Source: Mycolicibacterium smegmatis (GTDB lineage: Bacteria; Actinomycetota; Actinomycetes; Mycobacteriales; Mycobacteriaceae). From it: a stretch of 32,000 bases of DNA. Made by a program: the position numbers and the translations under genes. The stretch covers positions 2,790,001 to 2,822,000 of the forward strand of contig NZ_LN831039.1 of the NCBI RefSeq assembly GCF_001457595.1, given 5' to 3'. The notes beneath the pieces are model-generated. The model saw nothing but the letters and a program-made list of their open reading frames with translations, was not told where the DNA came from and made no database searches. Shown here piece by piece: positions 1 to 8,252 of this stretch. Position 1 is the first letter of the stretch. Each line of letters begins with the position of its first letter.

Positions 1-195
1 CACGTGCACGGTGGCCGACGCGATGATGTACGGCCACGCCGCGGCAGGCGGCAGCCCGCCCAGCGCGATGAGCGCCGCGCCGCCGATCGCGTCGACCACA
101 CCGATCAGCGCGAAACCGACCACCCGGTCGGAGACGGCGTGCGCCAACGAATTCCAGATCGCATGCAGCAATGCTGCGAACAGCACAGCGAGCAT
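1..195 (-). CDS. Integral membrane protein, N-terminal 65 codons only (gene runs off the left edge); possibly a DMT/EamA-like permease
   Basis: Absent from the ORF track because there is no stop in the window. The reverse complement of 1..195 is an unbroken frame from ATG (193..195): MLAVLFAALLHAIWNSLAHAVSDRVVGFALIGVVDAIGGAALIALGGLPPAAAWPYIIASATVHV. It is hydrophobic and helix-like. An in-frame TAG lies 8 codons upstream of the ATG. Confidence 0.5.
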   Translation of the reverse strand, partial: MLAVLFAALLHAIWNSLAHAVSDRVVGFALIGVVDAIGGAALIALGGLPPAAAWPYIIASATVHV

Positions 196-278
196 GACGG
201 AAACAGACAGGCCCTCAACCTAACTGGCCGGCGCTGCCGACGCGCGGCGGGGGTGCCGGAGTGTGACGAACGCATCGT

Positions 279-335
279 CGAGGCTGTAGTTGTCGCGCAG
301 AAATGCGAGTGGGGTGCTCGGTAACTACAGCCTCG
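279..335. repeat. Inverted repeat with perfect 13-bp arms (CGAGGCTGTAGTT / AACTACAGCCTCG) around a 31-nt spacer
   Basis: Read directly: arms at 279..291 and 323..335. It lies between the stop of the enoyl-CoA hydratase gene (352) and the start of the next minus-strand gene (195). The spacer holds a small CGCA-N4-TGCG hairpin. Confidence 0.6.
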
Positions 336-351
336 CGTGATCTGCCCCGGC

Positions 352-1110
352 CTAACGCACCTGCGAGCGTCCCCGCTCGATCACCGAGGCGCGGCTGGCC
401 GCGATGTCGTCACCGCTCGTCGAGCGCATCCACTGCCGCGCTGCCTCGGCCTCGGCCCACAGCGCCCCACCTGTCTGCAGTGCGTCGATGCGGTGATAGG
501 AATCCAGCAGTGCGCGCACGGCCTTCTGGTTGTTGCCGACGATCGACGCGGCAACACGGCGCGCGGCGGTCAGCAGGTCGTCGTGGGCCACGACCTCGGT
601 GACCAGACCGGCACGCAGCGCATCCTGTGCCGACAGGTAGTCGCCGGTCAGGCTCATGCGCCGGGCCAGACCCACTCCGACCTTCTGGGGCAACCGCACC
701 GACAGCCCCCACGTCGGCATCAGGCCCACGCGCGCGTGGGTGTCGGCGAACTTCGCGTTCTCCGACGCGATGAGGATGTCGCAGTACAGCGCCAGCTCCA
801 GGCCGCCGGTGACGGCCGCGCCGTTGATGGCCCCGATGACAGGTTTGGTCATGTCCGGCCACTTGGGGGAGATGTCGGGCAACTCGGTGGTGTCGCCGAG
901 TTCTTTGAGATCCAGACCCGCGCAGAACACGGGGTCGGCGCCGGTGACGATCACGACGTCGACATCGTCGTCGTTCTGGGCATCGCTCAGCGCGCGGAAG
1001 AAAGTGGACCGCAGCTCCGCCGACAGCGCGTTGCGCGACTGCGGCCGGTTGAGCGTCAGCGTCCGCACGCGGTCGGTGGTGTCGACGAGGAGAACGGGGG
1101 AGTCAGCCAT
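352..1110 (-). CDS. Enoyl-CoA hydratase/isomerase (crotonase family)
   Basis: Track ORF 352..1203, trimmed to the internal ATG at 1108..1110 (MADSPVLLVDTTDRVRTLTLNRPQSRNALS...VIVTGADPVFCAGLDLKELG, a typical crotonase N-terminus and oxyanion-hole region). TACGGT (reverse complement of 1118..1123) sits 7 nt upstream of this ATG. Confidence 0.85.
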   Translation of the reverse strand: MADSPVLLVDTTDRVRTLTLNRPQSRNALSAELRSTFFRALSDAQNDDDVDVVIVTGADPVFCAGLDLKELGDTTELPDISPKWPDMTKPVIGAINGAAVTGGLELALYCDILIASENAKFADTHARVGLMPTWGLSVRLPQKVGVGLARRMSLTGDYLSAQDALRAGLVTEVVAHDDLLTAARRVAASIVGNNQKAVRALLDSYHRIDALQTGGALWAEAEAARQWMRSTSGDDIAASRASVIERGRSQVR

Positions 1111-1156
1111 GCCGCTCACCGTAACCGGCGAACCCAACGCGCCTATCGTGGGTTCC
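1111..1156. promoter_or_regulatory. 46-bp divergent promoter region with back-to-back -10 hexamers, both genes probably leaderless
   Basis: Plus strand: TATCGT (1144..1149), 7 nt, then ATG 1157. Minus strand: TACGGT (reverse complement of 1118..1123), 7 nt, then ATG 1110. Both hexamers fit the mycobacterial TAnnnT -10. Neither gene has a Shine-Dalgarno sequence. Confidence 0.5.
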
Positions 1157-1423
1157 ATGTGCCGGAACATCACCGAACTGCGGGGCCTGGAGCCCGCCGC
1201 CACCGCAGAGGAAATCGAGGCCGCGGCACGTCAGTACGTGCGCAAGGTCAGCGGTATCACGCGCCCGACCGGTGACAACGTCGACGTGTTCGAAAGCGCG
1301 GTGGCCGAGGTCACCGCGACCACGACGCGGCTACTCGCGGGACTCGCGCCACGTCGTCAGCCACCGAAAACCGTTCCGCCGCTGCGTCGTCCCGAGGTTC
1401 GCGCGCGGATGGCCGCACGGTGA
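1157..1423 (+). CDS. DUF2277-family small protein (unknown function)
   Basis: C-terminal part of track ORF 656..1423, starting at ATG 1157: MCRNITELRGLEPAATAEEIEAAARQYVRKVSGITRP... I recognise this as the conserved DUF2277-type sequence. The upstream part of the ORF is antisense to the hydratase gene. Confidence 0.7.
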   Translation: MCRNITELRGLEPAATAEEIEAAARQYVRKVSGITRPTGDNVDVFESAVAEVTATTTRLLAGLAPRRQPPKTVPPLRRPEVRARMAAR

Positions 1424-1983
1424 GCGCAACCACGGTGCACCGGACCGCGCTCAAGGAGTGGAGCGCGGCCATCCACGCGATGCTCGACGGCCGCCAGACC
1501 GTGTTGCTGCGCAAGGGCGGCATCCACGAGAAGCGGTTCGAGGTGGCCGCGGGTGACTTCCTGCTGTTCCCGACGGTCGCGCACAGCCATGCCGAACGTG
1601 TGCGTTCCGAGCACCGCGACCTGGTGGACGCCGCGGCGACCGACAGCACCGAGGACACACTGACCATCCGCGCGGCGGCCGAGGTGGTGGCGGCCGTGCC
1701 CGTCGAGCGGCCCGAGGCGATCGACGAGATCGTCGACCTGCACATCTGGACCGCCGAATCGGTGCGCGCCGACCGGTTGGACTTCCGCCCCAAACATCGG
1801 CTGACCGTGCTGGTGGTGCAGGTCAGCCCGCTGGCCGAGCCGGTGACGTTGGTGCGCACGCCCGACTACGGAGGCTGCAAGAGCTGGGTCGACCTGCCGG
1901 TGCGGGCCGAGACCGCGGCACCTGTGCACGACGCCGGGTACCTGCGTGACATCGCGGCGCGGGTGCGGCGTTCCGTGTCCTGA
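1420..1983 (+). CDS. DUF1802-family protein (unknown function)
   Basis: Track ORF 1420..1983. The GTG start overlaps the preceding stop (GTGA at 1420..1423). Motifs ALKEW...LLRKGGIHE and YGGCKSWV are typical of the family as I recall it. Confidence 0.7.
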   Translation: MSATTVHRTALKEWSAAIHAMLDGRQTVLLRKGGIHEKRFEVAAGDFLLFPTVAHSHAERVRSEHRDLVDAAATDSTEDTLTIRAAAEVVAAVPVERPEAIDEIVDLHIWTAESVRADRLDFRPKHRLTVLVVQVSPLAEPVTLVRTPDYGGCKSWVDLPVRAETAAPVHDAGYLRDIAARVRRSVS

Positions 1984-2005
1984 AACGGGCTTGACGCGGG
2001 AGTTC

Positions 2006-3682
2006 TCAGGTGCGCAGGCCCAGCGGCGGTGTCGGGCCGGCGGGCAGGATCAGCCGCGAGACGCCGCCGTCGCCGTGGTGCACCGAGTGTCGCGCCTGTT
2101 TGAGGCGCGAGCCCGACAGCTGAGGTTCACCGGTGCCCAGGTTGCGCGCGAACCGCGGGTGCGAACCGCCTGCCACCAGCAGTCGGATCCTTGTGCCTGC
2201 CGCGAAACGGTGTGCCACGGCGTCGAGTTCGAGCCGCACGGTCTCGGGTGTTCCGACCTGACCGGTGCGCCGGCGGAACGCGTCGGTGACGTTGCGGGAC
2301 CGCCCCTTGGCGTCGACCTCGCTGATCCGGACGAACACGTCGTTGTGCGGGTTGTCGCAGCTGTGCACGAGTTCGACGAACGGATTGCCCACCACGTAGA
2401 GATCGGCGGGCAGGGGATCGCTCGTGAAGGTCACTACGTCGTCGCGCGCGGCGAGCTCGGAGTCGTCGCGGTAGCCGCCGTCCCGGGACAGCAGGCGCCC
2501 ACCGATCGTGGGCGTGGGCCGCGCCGGGTGGTAGGTGAACGACGACGACGGCGTCGCCGTCGGCGACGGAGCGCTGTCGGTGAGCCGCCCGGCGGGCTGC
2601 GGGAACAGTTCGCGGTCGCGGCGCGTGGGCCAGTCGGCCGGCGGCCACTCGGGCAGGTCGATCCAGCCGTGGTGGTTGACGAAGATCCGGACATGATCGC
2701 GGGAATGGCTGCCGGATGCGCCCGCGAGGTGCGTGCCCAGCCAATCGAGGGACTCGCCGATCACCGTCGAGGCACCCTTGGTCATCATCTGCGTGTGGGT
2801 CCACGGCCCGACCGTCATGGCGACGGGCACGCCGCGCCGGTGCAGTTGCGTGTACTGCTCGAGCGTCTGGTCGAGGAACAGGTCCTGCCAGCCGCTGAGC
2901 AGCAGAATGGGCACCTCGACGCGTTCGAGGGCCTGGTCGAACCGCAGCCTTTCCCAGAACGGGTCGTCGCGATCGGGATGCTCGAGCCACGACTCGAACC
3001 AGGGTGCGCCCGCGCCGAGCAGTCGACGGCCGGACGGACCGACGGGGACCCCGGCGGCGGCCTTGGCGACCTCGGCAGGCGAGCGCAACTGGCGGACCAG
3101 CGCCCGCACCACACCGGGTTCTTCCTGACGGGCCACCATCGCGCTCCACCCGAGGAAATCGTTCAAGGTGAAGGATCCGGTGCCCCAAGCCGATTGGCTG
3201 AAGTCGTGCGGGCCGACGGTGATGACGGCGGCCTTCATCTCGGGTGGGGGATCCGCGAGCAGCGCCCACTGGGTGAAACCGAGGTAGGACAGGCCCACCG
3301 TGGCGAACGATCCGGTGAACCACGGTTGGGTGCGCAACCATGCGACGGTGTCGGCGCCGTCGTCCATCTCGTGGACCATCGGGGTGAACTCGCCGCCCGA
3401 GCCGAACGTGCCGCGCACGCTCTGCAGCACCACGTGGTAGCCGCGGGCGGCGTACACCTCGGCGAAGATCGCCGAGAACGGGAACCGGCGTCCGTACGGA
3501 CCGCGCACCAGCAGTGTGCCCGCCGGGCGCGTCGTGAGCGGCTCGTAGTGGTCGGCGACCAGTTCGACACCGTCACGCATCGGCACGCGAAGTCCGTGGT
3601 GCACCGTGAAGTCGGTGCTGTGCGGTGGCAGGCCGAGCAGCTTCGCTGCGAACTTGCCGGTGTAACGGCGGATTCCAGGCAC
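2006..3682 (-). CDS. CocE/NonD-family alpha/beta hydrolase (X-Pro dipeptidyl-peptidase S15-like)
   Basis: Track ORF 2006..3682, 558 aa, GTG start. Sequence includes VRGPYGRR...YHVVLQSVRGTFGSGGEF...DGADTVAWL...VGLSYLGFTQ (nucleophile-elbow region). This matches the position of Rv2800 in the conserved synteny. Confidence 0.85.
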   Translation of the reverse strand: MPGIRRYTGKFAAKLLGLPPHSTDFTVHHGLRVPMRDGVELVADHYEPLTTRPAGTLLVRGPYGRRFPFSAIFAEVYAARGYHVVLQSVRGTFGSGGEFTPMVHEMDDGADTVAWLRTQPWFTGSFATVGLSYLGFTQWALLADPPPEMKAAVITVGPHDFSQSAWGTGSFTLNDFLGWSAMVARQEEPGVVRALVRQLRSPAEVAKAAAGVPVGPSGRRLLGAGAPWFESWLEHPDRDDPFWERLRFDQALERVEVPILLLSGWQDLFLDQTLEQYTQLHRRGVPVAMTVGPWTHTQMMTKGASTVIGESLDWLGTHLAGASGSHSRDHVRIFVNHHGWIDLPEWPPADWPTRRDRELFPQPAGRLTDSAPSPTATPSSSFTYHPARPTPTIGGRLLSRDGGYRDDSELAARDDVVTFTSDPLPADLYVVGNPFVELVHSCDNPHNDVFVRISEVDAKGRSRNVTDAFRRRTGQVGTPETVRLELDAVAHRFAAGTRIRLLVAGGSHPRFARNLGTGEPQLSGSRLKQARHSVHHGDGGVSRLILPAGPTPPLGLRT

Positions 3683-3692
3683 GGCACCGAGG

Positions 3693-3712
3693 GTACTGAC
3701 AGCTGTCAGTAC
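3693..3712. promoter_or_regulatory. Perfect 20-bp palindrome GTACTGACAGCTGTCAGTAC; candidate operator and/or terminator hairpin
   Basis: Read directly. On the minus strand it runs into TACCCT (reverse complement of 3690..3695), then 7 nt, then the GTG start of the hydrolase gene (3680..3682). It also begins 6 nt after the stop of the upstream minus-strand gene (3719). Confidence 0.55.
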
Positions 3713-3718
3713 TTGTGA

Positions 3719-4303
3719 TCAGAACTTGTAGTACGGCGCCAGCTCGTGGGCCCGCTGCAGGTTGGTCTGCAGGCAGTCCGGCTTGTCCGGGGAGTGGATC
3801 GGCGAGTAGAACAGCGACTGCTGGATCACGCCGTAGCTGGTGTCGAACGCGATCATGCAGGTCGTCCACCACCGGTCGTTCCAGTCGGTGGGCTTCATGA
3901 CCCAGTACTGCGCTGCGCGGTGGCCGTCGACGTCGAGCTCGAGCGCGTCGGCCGGGATGGTCTGCTCGTAGGTGCGCCACACGAACGCCTCGACCGCCAT
4001 CTGATAGTTGCCCGCGTCGTAATGACACCGCAGGCCGTCCTCGGGCATCGGCGGTGTCCACGCCAGGCCGATGCGCTCGATGACGTCGATGGGGATGTCG
4101 TTGCACGGATCGAACGGCTTGGGATCGGTGGTCTCGATCACCGGCCACTTGATCGTGGTCGACACGTTGGTCATCGGCAGGTCGGTGGCGTCCAGCCGCG
4201 GCGCGGCCGAACCCGTGCCGGCGACCGGATCGGTCTGCCACACCAGGATCACCGCCGCGACCAGCGCACACAGAGCCGACAGCAGGCGCACCCTGGCGGC
4301 CAT
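3719..4303 (-). CDS. DUF3558-family secreted/membrane-anchored protein (LppV/Rv2796c-like by position)
   Basis: Track ORF, 194 aa, with an N-terminal hydrophobic anchor (LLSALCALVAAVILV). It is Cys-containing and Trp-rich, and sits next to pptH as in M. tuberculosis. A GAGGGGG Shine-Dalgarno lies upstream of the ATG. Confidence 0.65.
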   Translation of the reverse strand: MAARVRLLSALCALVAAVILVWQTDPVAGTGSAAPRLDATDLPMTNVSTTIKWPVIETTDPKPFDPCNDIPIDVIERIGLAWTPPMPEDGLRCHYDAGNYQMAVEAFVWRTYEQTIPADALELDVDGHRAAQYWVMKPTDWNDRWWTTCMIAFDTSYGVIQQSLFYSPIHSPDKPDCLQTNLQRAHELAPYYKF

Positions 4304-4455
4304 TCACACCCCCTCGTAGTCGAGCGATTCGTTCCCCGGCTTGCGGGGAGTGTAGCGGTCCGCCACAGCAGACTCGACCATAAACGAGAACACGTTCTAG
4401 TTGCCAGCGTCCTGCCAGGTTTCCCGCCGCGCGCGCCCGGTTAGGCTGGACGGTT

Positions 4456-5421
4456 GTGGTGACTGACCATGATTCGAGGGATCGACAGCCGGTTCTCTGG
4501 GCGATCAGCGATCTGCACACCGGTCACACCGGCAACAAGCCGGTCACCGAGTCGCTGTACCCCGCGACGCCCGACGACTGGCTGATCGTCGCGGGCGACG
4601 TCGGCGAGCGCACCGACGAGATCCGATGGGCGCTCGACCTGCTGCGGAAGCGGTTCGCGAAGGTCATCTGGGTGCCGGGCAACCACGAACTGTGGACCAC
4701 CAACAAGGACCCCATGCAGATCTTCGGCCGGGCCCGCTACGACTACCTGGTCGACATGTGCGATCAGATGGGCGTCGTCACGCCGGAGCACCCGTTCCCG
4801 GTGTGGACCGAGCAGGGCGGGCCGGCGACCATCGTGCCGATGTTCCTGCTGTACGACTACTCGTTCCTGCCCGAGGGCGCGTCGTCCAAGGCCGAGGGCC
4901 TCGCGATCGCCAAGGAACGCAACATCGTGGGCACCGACGAGTTCCTGCTGTCGTGCGAGCCGTACGCGACGCGCGACGCGTGGTGTCGCGACCGGGTGGC
5001 GCGCACCCGCAAGCGGCTCGAGGACCTCGACTGGATGACGCCGACGGTTCTGGTCAACCACTTCCCGATGGTCCGCGAACCCTGCGACGCGATGTTCTAT
5101 CCGGAGTTCTCGCTGTGGTGCGGCACCACGGCCACCGCGGACTGGCACACGCGCTACAACGCGGTCTGCTCGGTCTACGGCCACCTGCACATCCCGCGCA
5201 CCACGTGGTACGACGATGTCCGCTTCGAGGAGGTGTCGGTCGGCTATCCGCGGGAGTGGCGCCGCCGTAAGCCGTACCGCTGGCTGCGTCAGATCCTGCC
5301 CGACCCCAAGTACGCGCCTGGATACCTCAACGAGTTCGGCGGGCACTTCGAGATCACCCCGGAGATGCGGGCCAACGCACAACAGATGCAGGAGCGCATC
5401 AAATCCAGGCGAGGACTATGA
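4456..5421 (+). CDS. pptH: Metallophosphoesterase, Rv2795c-type phosphopantetheinyl hydrolase
   Basis: Track ORF, 321 aa. Calcineurin-like motifs are present (ISDLH, VAGDVGER, VPGNHE, VYGHLH). It lies directly upstream of pptT and overlaps it (ATGA at 5418..5421). The GTG start is uncertain by one codon. Confidence 0.8.
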   Translation: MVTDHDSRDRQPVLWAISDLHTGHTGNKPVTESLYPATPDDWLIVAGDVGERTDEIRWALDLLRKRFAKVIWVPGNHELWTTNKDPMQIFGRARYDYLVDMCDQMGVVTPEHPFPVWTEQGGPATIVPMFLLYDYSFLPEGASSKAEGLAIAKERNIVGTDEFLLSCEPYATRDAWCRDRVARTRKRLEDLDWMTPTVLVNHFPMVREPCDAMFYPEFSLWCGTTATADWHTRYNAVCSVYGHLHIPRTTWYDDVRFEEVSVGYPREWRRRKPYRWLRQILPDPKYAPGYLNEFGGHFEITPEMRANAQQMQERIKSRRGL

Positions 5422-6083
5422 CGGACAGCCTGCTTTCCCTGGTTCTGCCGGACCGTGTCGCCTCGGCCGAGGTGTACGACGACCCGCCCGGCCTTTCGCC
5501 GCTGCCCGAAGAGGAGCCGTTGATCGCGCGGTCGGTGGCCAAGCGGCGCAACGAGTTCGTCACGGTGCGCTACTGCGCGCGTCAGGCCCTGGGCGAGCTC
5601 GGTGTCGGCCCGGTGCCGATCCTCAAGGGCGACAAGGGCGAGCCGTGCTGGCCCGATGGTGTGGTCGGAAGTCTGACCCACTGCCAGGGCTTCCGCGGCG
5701 CGGTGGTGGGACGCTCGACCGACGTGCGTTCGGTGGGCATCGACGCCGAACCGCACGATGTACTGCCCAACGGCGTCCTCGACGCGATCACGCTTCCCAT
5801 CGAGCGCGCCGAGCTGCGCGGGTTGCCCGGTGACCTGCACTGGGATCGAATCCTGTTCTGTGCCAAGGAGGCGACGTACAAGGCGTGGTACCCGCTGACG
5901 CACCGGTGGCTGGGGTTCGAGGACGCCCACATCACGTTCGAGGTCGACGGCTCGGGAACCGCGGGATCGTTCCGATCCAGGATCCTCATCGACCCCGTGG
6001 CCGAACACGGGCCACCGCTCACCGCGCTCGACGGGCGATGGTCGGTGCGTGACGGGCTGGCCGTGACGGCGATCGTCCTGTGA
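5418..6083 (+). CDS. pptT: 4'-phosphopantetheinyl transferase (Sfp-type)
   Basis: Track ORF, 221 aa, including [24 protein letters not shown]...[21 protein letters not shown]...GIDAEPH...[11 protein letters not shown]. The pptH-pptT-truB synteny is conserved. Confidence 0.9.
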   Translation: MTDSLLSLVLPDRVASAEVYDDPPGLSPLPEEEPLIARSVAKRRNEFVTVRYCARQALGELGVGPVPILKGDKGEPCWPDGVVGSLTHCQGFRGAVVGRSTDVRSVGIDAEPHDVLPNGVLDAITLPIERAELRGLPGDLHWDRILFCAKEATYKAWYPLTHRWLGFEDAHITFEVDGSGTAGSFRSRILIDPVAEHGPPLTALDGRWSVRDGLAVTAIVL

Positions 6084-6991
6084 GCGGTCAGGCGAGGAGC
6101 GGTGCAGAGCCCGGCCTGGTGATCGTCGACAAGCCTGCGGGGATGACGAGTCACGACGTCGTGGGGCGGTGCCGTCGGTTGTTCGGCACGCGCAAGGTAG
6201 GGCATGCGGGCACGCTCGATCCCATGGCGACCGGCGTGCTGGTGATCGGCATCGAACGCGCCACCAAGATCCTCGGACTGCTCACCGCGACCGACAAGTC
6301 GTACGCCGCGACCATCCGGCTGGGCCGCACGACCACCACCGAGGACGCCGAAGGTGAAGTGGTCGCCGATGTTCCGGCGCGCCACGTCACCGACGAGCAG
6401 ATCCGCGCCGCCGTGGCCGACCTGAGCGGCGACATCGAGCAGGTGCCGTCGGCGGTCAGCGCCATCAAGGTGGGCGGACAACGCGCCTACAAGCTCGCGC
6501 GCGAGGGGCAGAGCGTCGAACTAGCCGCCAGGCCCGTGCGCATCGACCGGTTCGACGTGCTCGACATCCGGCGCCCGGACGATTTCCCCGACTTCGTCGA
6601 CGTCGACGTCGAGGTGGACTGCTCGTCGGGCACCTACATCCGGGCGCTGGCCCGCGACGTCGGTGCGGCGCTCGGCGTGGGCGGGCACCTCACGGCGCTG
6701 CGCCGTACGCGCGTCGGCCGGTACGGCCTCGACGAGGCCCATACGCTCGACGAACTCGCCGAGCACCCGCAATTGAGCTACAGCCTGGACACCGCATGTC
6801 TGGTCGGCTTCCCGCGCCGGGACCTGAGTGCCGAGGAGACCGAGGACACCAGGCACGGCAGGCCGCTGCGGCCCGCAGGTATCGACGGCGTGTACGCCGC
6901 GACGGCACCCGACGGTCGTGTCATCGCACTGCTGCAGGACGGCGCCGGCCGCACCAGGAACGTCGTCGTATTGCGGCCGGCCACCCTGTAG
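6080..6991 (+). CDS. truB: tRNA pseudouridine(55) synthase
   Basis: Track ORF, 303 aa, including [17 protein letters not shown]...[17 protein letters not shown] (catalytic Asp motif). The GTGA start overlaps the pptT stop. Confidence 0.93.
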   Translation: MSGQARSGAEPGLVIVDKPAGMTSHDVVGRCRRLFGTRKVGHAGTLDPMATGVLVIGIERATKILGLLTATDKSYAATIRLGRTTTTEDAEGEVVADVPARHVTDEQIRAAVADLSGDIEQVPSAVSAIKVGGQRAYKLAREGQSVELAARPVRIDRFDVLDIRRPDDFPDFVDVDVEVDCSSGTYIRALARDVGAALGVGGHLTALRRTRVGRYGLDEAHTLDELAEHPQLSYSLDTACLVGFPRRDLSAEETEDTRHGRPLRPAGIDGVYAATAPDGRVIALLQDGAGRTRNVVVLRPATL

Positions 6992-7019
6992 CCCCACCCT
7001 GTAGCCCCACCCTGTAGCC
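6981..7019. repeat. Perfect tandem repeat, 3 x 13 bp (CCACCCTGTAGCC)
   Basis: Read directly: copies at 6981..6993, 6994..7006 and 7007..7019. The truB TAG stop (6989..6991) is inside copy 1. The array fills the 32-bp gap to the convergent gene, whose stop is at 7024. Confidence 0.95.
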
Positions 7020-7023
7020 GGGG

Positions 7024-8238
7024 TCAGATCTGGCTGTGGCGCGGCGGTTTCGTGCCCGACAGCGTGTAGCGGCCGATGTGGCGCAGTTTCCACCGGGTCG
7101 AATCATGCAGCGTGTGCGTGCGTGCGTCGCGCCAGTAACGGCTGAGATTGCCGCTCGCCGAGGCGCTTCGGGTGCCACCGAGTTCGAACAGCGCGCTCGA
7201 CGCGTCCAGTGACGCCCGCACCGCGGCCACCTTGGCGACGGCCACCGCGATGGACGCCGTCGCGGCGGTCTCGTCGGTGAGGTCGGCTCGGGCCGCATCG
7301 ACCTGGCGGGCCGCCTCGGCGAGCAGCGCCTGCGCGCTGCGCACCGTCACGGCCAGTTCGCCTGCGGCCTGCACGACCGTCGGGTCGTCGGCGACACTTG
7401 CCACCTTCGATTCGAAATGCGGCCGGGCCCTTGCCGCCTGGCGCACCCCCTCGTCGAGTGCCGCCGTCGCGATGCCGACGTCGATCGCGGTATGCAGCAA
7501 CTGCGCGCGCGACCCGTACACCGTCGGTTCGGCGAAGATCGCGGTGAACGGCACGACGTGCGCGGCGGGCACCTGCACGTTGTCGAGCGTGACCGTGCCG
7601 GACGCCGTGGTCCGCTGACCCATGCCGTCCCAGTCGTCGACGATGGTGACCCCAGCGGCATCGCGCGGCACGAACGCCACGGCCTTCGGGGTCGACGCCG
7701 TCGGCACCGTCACCGACCCGTCGGACAACGACGCACGCACCAGGATCCAGTCGGCGAACAGCGCCCCGGTCGAGTAGAACTTGCGCCCGCTCAACACATA
7801 TCCGTCACCGGCAGGCCGCAGCGTCGTGGTGTCCACATCGGTCGGGTGCGGGCCCCGTTCGGCCTGCGCGTTGGCGAACAGCGCGCCGTCGAGCACCAGG
7901 CCGTAGAAGAACGCACGCTGGGATTCGGTGCCCTGCAGCCGCAGCGCCTCGAGAAACGTGAAGTGCGAGTGCGGGATCTGGCCGATCGACGAGTCGCCGT
8001 GACTGAGCAGCCGGATCACCTCGGCGAGCACCGTCGAGGGCATGTCGATGCCGCCGTGGGCGACCGGCACGGTGATCGCGAGCAGACCGGATTCCTTGAG
8101 CGCGCGGATCTCGTCGTGCGGCAGACGCCGATCGGCGTCGCGGGCACCCGCGCCCTCGGCGAACACCGCCGACAACCGCGCCGCCTCGATCAGCGCGTCC
8201 TTGGCCGAACCGATCCGTGTGGCCGAAGTGGCCGTCAT
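7024..8238 (-). CDS. Acyl-CoA dehydrogenase-fold flavoprotein (SfnB/DszC-like; FadE21-like by position)
   Basis: Track ORF, 404 aa, with an acyl-CoA dehydrogenase-like architecture. It lies directly downstream of an LLM monooxygenase, a pairing typical of sulfur-acquisition oxidoreductases. Confidence 0.7.
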   Translation of the reverse strand: MTATSATRIGSAKDALIEAARLSAVFAEGAGARDADRRLPHDEIRALKESGLLAITVPVAHGGIDMPSTVLAEVIRLLSHGDSSIGQIPHSHFTFLEALRLQGTESQRAFFYGLVLDGALFANAQAERGPHPTDVDTTTLRPAGDGYVLSGRKFYSTGALFADWILVRASLSDGSVTVPTASTPKAVAFVPRDAAGVTIVDDWDGMGQRTTASGTVTLDNVQVPAAHVVPFTAIFAEPTVYGSRAQLLHTAIDVGIATAALDEGVRQAARARPHFESKVASVADDPTVVQAAGELAVTVRSAQALLAEAARQVDAARADLTDETAATASIAVAVAKVAAVRASLDASSALFELGGTRSASASGNLSRYWRDARTHTLHDSTRWKLRHIGRYTLSGTKPPRHSQI

Positions 8239-8252
8239 GATGTGCCCCCCGA

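Noticed and set aside
656-1156. N-terminal extension of ORF 656..1423
   Set aside because: It is antisense to the enoyl-CoA hydratase gene. The conserved DUF2277 sequence begins at ATG 1157, which also has a correctly spaced -10 hexamer.
2520-2580. CGACGACGACGGCGTCGCCGTCGGCGACGG low-complexity stretch, which gives poly-Arg in two alternative frames
   Set aside because: It lies inside the CocE hydrolase coding frame, where it encodes an ordinary Ser/Pro/Thr linker (SAPSPTATPSSS). It is not a true tandem array.
4384-4399. AGAAC-AC-GTTCT near-palindrome between the DUF3558 gene and pptH, which resembles a shortened SOS box
   Set aside because: The spacer is 2 nt instead of 4 and the outer TCG/CGA bases are missing, so it is not a LexA site. 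It is too short to call as an operator without comparative data.
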